The notes: generated by a model not told the origin, from the sequence alone. A stretch of DNA of 10,756 bases from Promethearchaeati archaeon (GCA_013166835.1 JABLTI010000097.1:1-10756); one strand, 5' to 3'. Counted from the first letter of the stretch, positions 1 through 7,615 are shown. Numbers and translations are program-made.

Positions 1-440
1 GAACGAGTTGCTAAGAACCAGGAAGCAGAAACTATAGCTGCTGTAAGAGTATCCCCATGAGGGATTGGTAATACCACTCTATCTGGATATTCTTTTCTCA
101 ACCATTTTCCTATTGCTCCTACTTTGTAAAAAATCTCTACAGATTTTTGCATCAAGTCGCCTTTTATTTGCAAGTCAATCAAGGGATTCATTTGGAACTC
201 TTTAATGCCATACCCTAATAAATCATCAAAATGTTGTCCAGTTGTAGCACAAATTACAGGAATATTTTTCTTGTTAGCCCAATAGATAAGCGGTGCTTGC
301 TTGTAGAAATCTGGTTTAGTTCCAATTGCAACCATCAAGACCCATTTGTTCTTGTCGGATCCATCGATAACTTTTCTGATTTCCTTTTCATTTACTTTTG
401 GTGGAATGAAATCTGGTTCGGGATAATTGAAAGGTTTCAT
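1..440 (-). CDS. wecB: UDP-N-acetylglucosamine 2-epimerase (WecB/MnaA family), 3' end runs off the window
   Basis: Not in the ORF track; translated by hand from ATG at 440-438, open to the window edge: MKPFNYPEPDFIPPKVNEKEIRKVIDGSDKNKWVLMVAIGTKPDFYKQAP...CATTGQHFDDLL...PIPHGDTLTAA. This matches the family motifs GTRPExIKxAP, TGQH and (V/H)GDT. Confidence 0.85.
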   Translation of the reverse strand, partial: MKPFNYPEPDFIPPKVNEKEIRKVIDGSDKNKWVLMVAIGTKPDFYKQAPLIYWANKKNIPVICATTGQHFDDLLGYGIKEFQMNPLIDLQIKGDLMQKSVEIFYKVGAIGKWLRKEYPDRVVLPIPHGDTLTAAIVSASWFLATR

Positions 441-520
441 TAACGACACTTTTCCTTTTATTTAATATCTGAGATACGGTATAAAGTCCTTGCTTTAGTA
501 ATATAATTTTTGTTGATTTC

Positions 521-1498
521 TCACAAAGAAACACTTTTTCTGAGCATTTCAATGTTGATTTTACCTGCTGAGAAAGTTTTTCCGGAATTAACATTGTTAA
601 TAGTTAATTTTGCAGGAGCAAATAATGCTGGATCAATCTTGTAGAAATCGCCTTGTACTTTTTTCACTACATCGAAAAATAATGAGCCATAGCTGGATGA
701 ATTTGACGAGATAGCTTTATCTAAGAACTCCTTTAGCTCTGAATCATCTTTGTAATCTACTTGTAAATACACATCAGACCCATAAATTAGCATGTCATTA
801 GTTCTTCCTAACATGACATCTGATTTCTTAGCAATTGGTGCAATAGGTGCTATTCCACATGCTGATTGAATGGCTGTTATATCAAAGCCTAGAGAATGTA
901 ATTTGTGAATTGCAGTTTCAATTGAACGACCTGAAATTTGAGTTGATCCTGCAACACTTGTTGTTGGAGTAACAATTATACACAATCCTTCTAAGACTAT
1001 CCCGCATTTCTCTGCAATATAGGTCATAATTTTATCAGTAGGGTATTTGTTTGTCTCGAGAACAATGACCGTTTCATTATGTTTTTCCTTAAACGGTAAT
1101 TGTTCGTAGATGTCCTTTGGTTTCTTCGCAAGAATTCTTGCTGGACCACTTCCCATTGCTTGATAACCATCTTTATTTATTGACCAACCTGCAAATTGAG
1201 AGCCCATAGTAGCAATTGCAGGAAAATCAGTTATAACTGTGATTGTAGGTAAAATTAGGTCATCATAAGATTTCAGTCCTAGAGAAACTTCTGCGAGACC
1301 TCCCAAACACACTTGAGTGGTATATTCACCGGCCAAGAAACCTCCTTGTGCCTTCACTCCCAAGTCAAAAATTGATGGACCTATATCAGTATCTACAAGT
1401 ATCCCTCTCAGGATTTCCTCCATTTCAAGCATTTCATCAAATAATTCTACAGCAGCTTCGTTCATGTTGGTCTCTATAATTTTTTTCTTATTTGACAA
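521..1498 (-). CDS. mch: Methenyl-tetrahydromethanopterin cyclohydrolase
   Basis: 325 aa with Mch motifs: DLGVKAQGG..AG, CLGGLA, GSQFAGW, MGSGPAR, SVAGSTQISGRSIETAIHKL, GRTNDMLIYG, GDFYKIDPALFAPA. TTG start supported by a GGTGA SD 7 nt upstream (1506-1510). Confidence 0.95.
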   Translation of the reverse strand: MSNKKKIIETNMNEAAVELFDEMLEMEEILRGILVDTDIGPSIFDLGVKAQGGFLAGEYTTQVCLGGLAEVSLGLKSYDDLILPTITVITDFPAIATMGSQFAGWSINKDGYQAMGSGPARILAKKPKDIYEQLPFKEKHNETVIVLETNKYPTDKIMTYIAEKCGIVLEGLCIIVTPTTSVAGSTQISGRSIETAIHKLHSLGFDITAIQSACGIAPIAPIAKKSDVMLGRTNDMLIYGSDVYLQVDYKDDSELKEFLDKAISSNSSSYGSLFFDVVKKVQGDFYKIDPALFAPAKLTINNVNSGKTFSAGKINIEMLRKSVSL

Positions 1499-1534
1499 GG
1501 AATTTTCACCTTTTGCTTCTTCTTTGATTGCTTT

Positions 1535-2419
1535 TCATAAATCTTTCAAATTAATCTTAATACTACCCAATTCTCCATTATAATTTGAGCTTGTTATCTG
1601 AATGATCTTTTCATTATCTTTTACTGCTGTAATTGCATGCTTCATAGCTAATTTTAAGTCTTGTTCACTTGTAGCATTAATAACAATCTCATAGACACAG
1701 TGTGCATTTTTTGGCACTAAACTATTATCAATTTTATCTACAAGTGTGGGGCAGAATTGATGATTTGTTGACTCATTCAAAAATGAGTACTTTGAACCTA
1801 TCTTTGATCCTGAACGACAAATTCCTCCTGGGAAGGAGGTTATTGCTTTTGCAGTTGAATCCTGTATTTTCTTTACTGCTAATTTAGCAGCAGCAAGTGT
1901 TTCAATAGTCGATTCTCCAACAAGGATAATAAGACCTCCAGCTATGCCTTTTGCAAAATTAAATGATTCATCAATCAGAAAAGAACCATCCATGACGGGA
2001 ATTTCCCACATATCTCGTCCATATTTTGAAATCTTCTTCTGATGACCATCACCAAAGTACGAAATGAGCTTTCCGACTGGTTCATTCTTCTCTCCCTCTT
2101 CTAAGTAATTAAAAACAGAAGTTGTGGGTGCAGTCATTGCACTTTGAGAAATTCGAGCTAAAAGCTCGTCTTTCATAAGCTTACTTCGTTTCGTCCAGAT
2201 TTGAATGATAATGCCAGGACGATTATCTGGAGTTTCTTTTGCTGGAACAATTCTTTCAATTCCCGCTTCAGCAGAACACATAATAATACTTGTAGCGAAA
2301 CCCACAGTACTTTGAGCAGCTTCCAAAACTGTTTCTTCATCAATTGCGGTAATTAGGATCCGAGAAAACCACATTTTAAAGCATTCTGAAAAAGTGTCAA
2401 TAATTTTATCCTTAGACAT
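1535..2419 (-). CDS. ftr: Formylmethanofuran:tetrahydromethanopterin N-formyltransferase
   Basis: 294 aa with Ftr motifs: IIDTFSECF, GFATSIIMCSAEAGIE, ETPDNRPG, FGDG, IPVMDG, FPGGICRSGSKIGSKY, STNHQFCPTL, VYEIVIN, NYNGELG. GGAG SD upstream; adjacent to mch. Confidence 0.95.
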   Translation of the reverse strand: MSKDKIIDTFSECFKMWFSRILITAIDEETVLEAAQSTVGFATSIIMCSAEAGIERIVPAKETPDNRPGIIIQIWTKRSKLMKDELLARISQSAMTAPTTSVFNYLEEGEKNEPVGKLISYFGDGHQKKISKYGRDMWEIPVMDGSFLIDESFNFAKGIAGGLIILVGESTIETLAAAKLAVKKIQDSTAKAITSFPGGICRSGSKIGSKYSFLNESTNHQFCPTLVDKIDNSLVPKNAHCVYEIVINATSEQDLKLAMKHAITAVKDNEKIIQITSSNYNGELGSIKINLKDL

Positions 2420-2440
2420 AATTTTAGCTCCATTTTTTCT

Positions 2441-2872
2441 TCAAGATTTAGCTCTTTTTTCATGTGCGAGAATATGAGAATTAAACACATTTTGCCACCT
2501 AAATTCTAAAATTAAAGGTACAATTCCTATTGTTAGAAATGTCAAGAAAATGAATACAAGCATAGCTTTGTAACCTTCAGGGCAATTTGCTTTATTTTTT
2601 GTATTTGATGTGGCGATATGCTCATGCAAAAGATGATATTTGACATATACTGAGTAAATTGGCAGGAAGAAGAGAAAGACAAACATTGTGGTTGGATTAT
2701 TCCTTGTCGGATATGCCTCTAATTCAAAATTGAGAACCTTTTGATAGTGATCTTCTAAATCCCTGAAAAGCCAAAGATAATAAAAGAGATAGTAAATTCC
2801 AAAGGTAAGTACAGAGAATACTAGTACTCGTCTGTATCTCCTAGTTGTTCCATATTTATATTGTTGTGGCAT
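2441..2872 (-). CDS. Small membrane protein, DUF4234-like
   Basis: 143 aa with three hydrophobic segments. LVFSVLTFGIYYLFY resembles the DUF4234 'L..ITxGIY..YW' signature. GGAG SD upstream; stop lies 21 nt before the ftr start. Confidence 0.65.
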   Translation of the reverse strand: MPQQYKYGTTRRYRRVLVFSVLTFGIYYLFYYLWLFRDLEDHYQKVLNFELEAYPTRNNPTTMFVFLFFLPIYSVYVKYHLLHEHIATSNTKNKANCPEGYKAMLVFIFLTFLTIGIVPLILEFRWQNVFNSHILAHEKRAKS

Positions 2873-2955
2873 ATCTTCATCTCCAAATACTAACTACTAA
2901 TTAATGATAAGAGAGGAAAAAGAAAAGGATTTTTCTCCTTCCTTAAATAGTTACT

Positions 2956-3690
2956 TTACTTTAGCATCTCACTAGTTTTCAAGCTTTTCCAAGCTTCTGC
3001 CTCTCCCCGTTTGATTTTCTTAAACTCGGGTATGTGTCTTAAAACCAAAACTAACCATCCAGCTAAAGCGTATAATAATATAAATTGCCATCCCAATCCA
3101 TCCATGAAATAAGTGTGGGGCCAAAAAGCTGCTGGTAAGCCAAATTTGAATGAACCTCCTGGAACAAATAAATCGATAAAATACCAGAATGGTGTTACTA
3201 ATGTTGCTGCCCAACATGCTCCTATTCCTGAAAACCCTGAGAGTTTTATAAGTACAAATAAGAAGAATATCCACACAAATGCGGTAGGCCAATAAAAGTA
3301 GAATAGTAATCCTACATAGGTTCCTAGTCCTTTCCCACCTTTAAATTTAAGGTACGGCATCCAACAGTGACCAACGACAGCAAGTATACCTGCAAGAATA
3401 ACATAATACTCAGTAAATGTTCCTGGCTCTCCTGATAATGGAGAGATTAAATATTCCACAATAGCAGCTGCAATCATACCCTTTGTTCCATCAATCCCGA
3501 AGGTTATAAAACCCCAAGGCCAAAGACCTGCAGCTCTTATAGTATTTCTAGTACTAACAGAACCAGATCCAAATTCTCGTGGATCAATTCCTACCACAAG
3601 TTTTGATACTATATAAGCAGTCGGAAAACTTCCTATGAGTAATCCGATAATAGGTGAAACAATAAATGGCCAAATAATTGTAATAGACAA
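2956..3690 (-). CDS. plsY: PlsY-family acyl-phosphate:glycerol-phosphate acyltransferase (divergent)
   Basis: 244-aa polytopic membrane protein with IGSFP, GIDPREFGSG..NTIR (motif 1), DGTKG, GHCW.P.LKFKGGKGLGT (motif 2) and RH...K..GE (motif 3). TTG start preceded by a GTGAT SD. Confidence 0.88.
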   Translation of the reverse strand: MSITIIWPFIVSPIIGLLIGSFPTAYIVSKLVVGIDPREFGSGSVSTRNTIRAAGLWPWGFITFGIDGTKGMIAAAIVEYLISPLSGEPGTFTEYYVILAGILAVVGHCWMPYLKFKGGKGLGTYVGLLFYFYWPTAFVWIFFLFVLIKLSGFSGIGACWAATLVTPFWYFIDLFVPGGSFKFGLPAAFWPHTYFMDGLGWQFILLYALAGWLVLVLRHIPEFKKIKRGEAEAWKSLKTSEMLK

Positions 3691-3739
3691 TATGAATCAC
3701 TAATGCGATTCTATTGAATACTACTTTAAAAAAAATTCG

Positions 3740-3753
3740 CTTATAAGGTTTTG
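3740..3753 (-). promoter_or_regulatory. Putative BRE/TATA promoter for plsY
   Basis: Minus strand reads CAAAACC-TTATAAG about 50 nt upstream of the TTG start, just after the T-rich end of the regulator gene. Confidence 0.4.
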
Positions 3754-3756
3754 TAG

Positions 3757-3780
3757 AAGAAAAAATGAAAAAAAAGTGAG
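3757..3780 (-). terminator. Oligo-T archaeal terminator candidate after the heat-shock unit
   Basis: Minus strand reads CTCACTTTTTTTTCATTTTTTCTT just after the regulator stop codon. Confidence 0.4.
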
Positions 3781-3785
3781 ATATC

Positions 3786-4484
3786 CTAGATTAAGAGGAC
3801 ATTCTTTTTCTCAAGTTTTATTAAGGCAGCTTTATCTAATTCTATCATACGTTCCTCAATAGTTTCCTCAGTAAGATTAAGTATTAATGATAAATCCTCT
3901 ATTGTTGATTCTCCACCACGAGATGCAAGTGATTGTATGATTCGTTGATCAATTCGTTTAGGAAGTAGCTCGTAAGCTATTGCTCTAATTTGGCGTCTAA
4001 TATTGGAATAGGTTGCTTCTGCAATTGATTTTGCAATGTTAACTTTGTTTAGCTCCTTACTAAGATCCTTAAGTAAATCACTGTAAACAGAGAGTTTTTC
4101 TTTTGAGTTAGGAGTTTTCCCAAGCTCAGCACACTTTGTTACGATTTCAGCTAGCTCTGGGAAATCTTTTGGTGTTTTTATTTCTATTCTTGGAACATCA
4201 AACATTCCAACGTCAAACATTTCTGGGGAAATCTGGACTTCCACTCTTACAGCTCGAGCAATTTGATAGTATCTTCTTGGAGCGCCTTGACCTGCATCTT
4301 TGAAGTCAGAATCTAATAATCCTGATTCTTCAAGTAACTGGAGATGACGGAAAATCGCTTGCTGACCCAGATTAAGGTTGAACGCTAGTTGAGTCAAATA
4401 CATAGGTTCTGAAGCCAGCATGGAGAGTATTTTACGTCTTGTATCACTCTTTAATGCTAGGAAAATCTTGTCTGGGTCTGCCAT
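3786..4484 (-). CDS. ArsR-family/COG1777 transcriptional regulator, HSR1/Phr-like heat-shock repressor
   Basis: N-terminal ArsR wHTH (IFLALKSDTRRKILSML...QAIFRHLQLLEESGLL...GAPRRYY), a central helical/coiled segment, and a second C-terminal wHTH (IIQSLASRGGESTIEDLSLILNL...LDKAALI). Lies directly downstream of hsp20-cdc48, the gene set that A. fulgidus HSR1 and P. furiosus Phr regulate. GAGTGA SD. Confidence 0.8.
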   Translation of the reverse strand: MADPDKIFLALKSDTRRKILSMLASEPMYLTQLAFNLNLGQQAIFRHLQLLEESGLLDSDFKDAGQGAPRRYYQIARAVRVEVQISPEMFDVGMFDVPRIEIKTPKDFPELAEIVTKCAELGKTPNSKEKLSVYSDLLKDLSKELNKVNIAKSIAEATYSNIRRQIRAIAYELLPKRIDQRIIQSLASRGGESTIEDLSLILNLTEETIEERMIELDKAALIKLEKKNVLLI

Positions 4485-4526
4485 AATTCATTTCACTCAT
4501 ATTTCATGAATATTGAAAAAGAACTC

Positions 4527-6767
4527 CTATATGTACGGAGCTCCTCCTTCTTTGAACTTATCAGTAATCGAACGATATTTCTTCATATCCTCAGAAGAAC
4601 CTTTGTGGATTTTCCCTAAAGATTCTAAGAGTAGTTTTTGAGAAATCCTAAAACCTTTTGTTTTTAATTTCTCCAGAATATCTTCTTTCGAGGTATTTTT
4701 TCCGATGAATTTCCTCACAGCAAGCATCCCTGCTTCTTTTGTAGCAGCAGCTATATCAGCACCAGTGTATCCTTCTGTAATCTTAGCTAACTCATCAATA
4801 TTTACATCACTTGCTAGGGTCATTTGTCGTGTGTGTATTTTGAGAATTTCTTTTCGAGCTTTCAAGTTGGGAACATCAAGTGAAATAAATCGATCTGTTC
4901 TACCGGGTCGCAAGATTGCTGGATCGACAATATCAGGTCTATTTGTAGCCATAACTACAACTACATTCTTCAGTTTTGATAAGCCATCCATCTCTGTTAA
5001 TAGCTGACTAACAACTCGTTCGGTGACGTTGCTATCATGAGTTCCTCCTCTCGTAGGAGTTATACTATCAACTTCATCCATAAAGATGATACAAGGAGCT
5101 GATTGGCGTGCTTTTCTGAAAAGCTCTCGAATAGCTTTTTCAGATTCACCTACCCATTTACTCATAACTTCAGGACCCTTAATACTGATGAAATTTGCTT
5201 CACTTTCCGTAGCAACAGCTTTTGCTAAGAGAGTTTTACCAGTTCCCGGAGGTCCAAATAATAGGATTCCTTTTGGTGGTTCAACACCTGCTTCCTCGAA
5301 AACTTCTGGATATATTAGTGGCCACTCAACGGCTTCTTTTAATTCTTGAATAGCACTATTTAATCCACCAATCTCAGTCCATTTAACATCTGGTTTTTCA
5401 ATGAACACTTCTCGCATCGCGGATGGTTCCACCATATTTAATGCGTTGTCAAAATCTGCTTGTTTGACTTCAATTTCTTGTAAAATATCTGGAGGTACTG
5501 TTTCTTCTTGCCAGTTAATTTTGGGCAAAATTATTCTCAACGCACTCATTGCAGCTTCCTTTACAAGAGCAGACATGTCAGCACCAACAAAACCATGGGT
5601 AATAGTAGCTATTCTAACAAGATCAACATCTTCTGCTAAAGGCATGCCTCGAGTGTGGATGTGGAGAATATCTAATCTTCCTTTTTTATCTGGTACTCCA
5701 ATCTCGATTTCGCGATCGAAGCGACCACCTCGTCTTAATGCTGGATCTATAGAATTAACACGATTTGTTGCAGCAATAACTACAACTTGACCTCGACTCT
5801 CAAGTCCATCCATTAAGGCCAATAATTGTGCTACAACTCTTCGCTCAACTTCACCGGTTACTTCTGATCTTTTTGGTGCAATAGCATCAATTTCATCTAT
5901 GAAAACAATAGAGGGAGCATTTTCTTCTGCTTCTTTGAAAACACCTCGAATGTTTGCTTCGCTTTCACCGTAGAATTTTGACATGATTTCAGGCCCACTA
6001 AGATGAATGAAGTGTGCATCGGTTTCATTAGCAACTGCTTTTGCTAACATTGTTTTTCCCGTTCCAGGGGGACCATATAAGAGTAAACCTTTGGGTGCTT
6101 CGACGCCTAATTTTTCAAAAATTTCCGGATATCGTAAAGGCAACTCAATCATTTCACGCAATTTTTGAATTACATCTTCTAAACCACCAATATCCTCATA
6201 GCTAATTCGAGCTATTTTCTTATCTTCTACAGATATTGGGGCAGATCGGAGATCGATATTGGTTTTCGCTGAAACCACAACAGTGTTCATTTGTTTTGGA
6301 GCAACACGTGCGACTTTGAAAACTATTTGATTTCCACCAAGAATTTGAATCCTTATCGAATCACCAACAGACACTGGACGACCTGTAAGTATTTGTAAGA
6401 GGAATCTTCCATCAAGCTCCCCTCTAATATTTTGAGTAGGAGCAACTACTACTTTAGTTCCAGTAGGTGGTTTTATTTTCTTAATCGTTACGAATTCATC
6501 TAATCTGACACCAGTATTCATTCTAATGGTGCCATCAATACGTATGATTCCTTTTCGTTCATCTTCAGGATAACCAGGCCATACTTTTGCGGCAGTTCTT
6601 GTTTTACCGTTTATTTCAATAATATCGCCTGCAGTTAAATCTAGTTGTGCCATTAATGAATGACTAATTCTAGCTAGACCCTTACCTACATCGCGATATT
6701 GGGAATCTGATACTCGTAATTGAATAGTATCATCACTACTTCCTTCTGTACTACCAGCTGTAGACAT
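4527..6767 (-). CDS. cdc48: CDC48/VAT-family AAA+ ATPase
   Basis: 746 aa: CDC48_N domain ([18 protein letters not shown]) and two AAA modules with Walker A GPPGTGKT (x2), Walker [17 protein letters not shown], pore loops KFYG/KWVG and [22 protein letters not shown]-terminus ends -PYI. Confidence 0.97.
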   Translation of the reverse strand: MSTAGSTEGSSDDTIQLRVSDSQYRDVGKGLARISHSLMAQLDLTAGDIIEINGKTRTAAKVWPGYPEDERKGIIRIDGTIRMNTGVRLDEFVTIKKIKPPTGTKVVVAPTQNIRGELDGRFLLQILTGRPVSVGDSIRIQILGGNQIVFKVARVAPKQMNTVVVSAKTNIDLRSAPISVEDKKIARISYEDIGGLEDVIQKLREMIELPLRYPEIFEKLGVEAPKGLLLYGPPGTGKTMLAKAVANETDAHFIHLSGPEIMSKFYGESEANIRGVFKEAEENAPSIVFIDEIDAIAPKRSEVTGEVERRVVAQLLALMDGLESRGQVVVIAATNRVNSIDPALRRGGRFDREIEIGVPDKKGRLDILHIHTRGMPLAEDVDLVRIATITHGFVGADMSALVKEAAMSALRIILPKINWQEETVPPDILQEIEVKQADFDNALNMVEPSAMREVFIEKPDVKWTEIGGLNSAIQELKEAVEWPLIYPEVFEEAGVEPPKGILLFGPPGTGKTLLAKAVATESEANFISIKGPEVMSKWVGESEKAIRELFRKARQSAPCIIFMDEVDSITPTRGGTHDSNVTERVVSQLLTEMDGLSKLKNVVVVMATNRPDIVDPAILRPGRTDRFISLDVPNLKARKEILKIHTRQMTLASDVNIDELAKITEGYTGADIAAATKEAGMLAVRKFIGKNTSKEDILEKLKTKGFRISQKLLLESLGKIHKGSSEDMKKYRSITDKFKEGGAPYI

Positions 6768-6825
6768 TTTATATACATCTCTTAATTTTTTTTAATAATT
6801 TATAATATAACATTGAAGAAGGAGA

Positions 6826-7410
6826 TTACTCGATCTTCACTTCAAAACCTGCTTCTGCTTTTACAGGTTCTTTTCGTTCAACTGTCAATTCCAAAATACC
6901 ATTTTTGTATTTTGCATTGGCAGTTTTGGGTTTAATTCTAACTGATAAATCTCTCTCAGTTGAATAATTTCGATCACCACTTACAGCTTCAATTATAATT
7001 TTTGTTTCAGTGGTTTTTACATTGATATCGTTCTTATCCACACCAGGGAGTTCGGCTATTACACGAACAACTTTATCTTCAATGAAGACATCAACTAATG
7101 GTTCACGATCCTTAGAAGCAATAGGCGCACCTTTCTCTGAAGGTTTAACATTACCAAATTCCTTGAAAACAGGTTTGCCATTTGGACCTACTGACATATT
7201 GAAACCCCATAGCATGGGACCTAATTTCTTTCTTATGGCTTCCGGATCAGAAGTATCAATATGCTGCATCATTCGTTCGACTTCTCGCATCATTTGTTCC
7301 ATAAAATCTTCGTTGAACATACCGCTTTCTTCAAATAAATCAAAAGGTAACCATGGAAACATTTCTTTCCATCGCTTGAAATCATCATCCTTCTTTTTTC
7401 GCCAGGACAT
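6826..7410 (-). CDS. hsp20: Archaeal small heat-shock protein Hsp20 (alpha-crystallin domain)
   Basis: WGFNMSVGPNGKPVFKEFGN, REPLVDV, AELPGVDKNDI, AKYKNGILE and a C-terminal IXI-type VKI. Start placed at ATG 7410 (MSWRKK), which has a GAGG SD 9 nt upstream, rather than the track's TTG at 7425. Confidence 0.93.
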   Translation of the reverse strand: MSWRKKKDDDFKRWKEMFPWLPFDLFEESGMFNEDFMEQMMREVERMMQHIDTSDPEAIRKKLGPMLWGFNMSVGPNGKPVFKEFGNVKPSEKGAPIASKDREPLVDVFIEDKVVRVIAELPGVDKNDINVKTTETKIIIEAVSGDRNYSTERDLSVRIKPKTANAKYKNGILELTVERKEPVKAEAGFEVKIE

Positions 7411-7452
7411 TTTTTTTTTCCTCAAAGTAATTATTTAATGTTTTTCTCACCA

Positions 7453-7473
7453 TTTAGTGAATTACTCACTAAA
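7453..7473. promoter_or_regulatory. Perfect inverted repeat TTTAGTGA-N5-TCACTAAA, candidate heat-shock repressor operator
   Basis: 8-bp perfect arms with a 5-nt spacer, between the TATA box (7504-7511) and the hsp20 start, i.e. just downstream of the expected transcription start. Confidence 0.65.
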
Positions 7474-7503
7474 AAGTTAATAGTAAGATATTTATCTAAG
7501 TAA

Positions 7504-7518
7504 TATTTAAACCTTACC
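7504..7518 (-). promoter_or_regulatory. TATA box (TTTAAATA) of the hsp20-cdc48-regulator unit
   Basis: Minus strand GGTAAGG-TTTAAATA, about 95 nt upstream of the hsp20 ATG. Confidence 0.55.
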
Positions 7519-7568
7519 ATATTTTTTAGAAAATAAAAAAAGAGTTGAAGTTTAAAAAATAAATAACG

Positions 7569-7615
7569 AAAAAAAAAGAAAAGAGAATTAGTTGCTAGAG
7601 TAAACCTAACAACTA
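7569..7615 (-). terminator. Hairpin plus U-tract terminator after the membrane-protein gene
   Basis: Minus strand TAGTTGTTAG-gtttact-CTAGCAACTA (10-bp stem with one U-G pair, beginning at the TAG stop), followed by ATTCTCTTTTCTTTTTTTTT. Confidence 0.55.

Noticed and set aside
231-443. 70-aa plus-strand ORF
   Set aside because: Antisense shadow of the WecB-like gene; no motifs.
388-594. 68-aa minus-strand ORF
   Set aside because: Out-of-frame overlap with the mch end and wecB start; no recognisable features.
1317-1887. Plus-strand ORFs 1317-1583 and 1702-1887
   Set aside because: Antisense to the well-supported mch and ftr genes.
2905-2945. Purine/pyrimidine imperfect inverted repeat after plsY
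   Set aside because: Pairing is poor and low-complexity; at most a T-rich terminator, not supportable as a structured element.
3020-3295. ORFs 3020-3292 (-) and 3113-3295 (+)
   Set aside because: Alternative-frame and antisense ORFs inside plsY.
4705-5790. Plus-strand ORFs 4705-5007, 5086-5349 and 5401-5790
   Set aside because: Codon-register antisense shadows of cdc48.
7411-7425. TTG start at 7425 for hsp20 (MRKKK extension)
   Set aside because: The extension consists of the GAGG SD and poly-A spacer of the ATG at 7410, which is the better start.
7010-7438. 142-aa plus-strand ORF
   Set aside because: Antisense shadow of hsp20.
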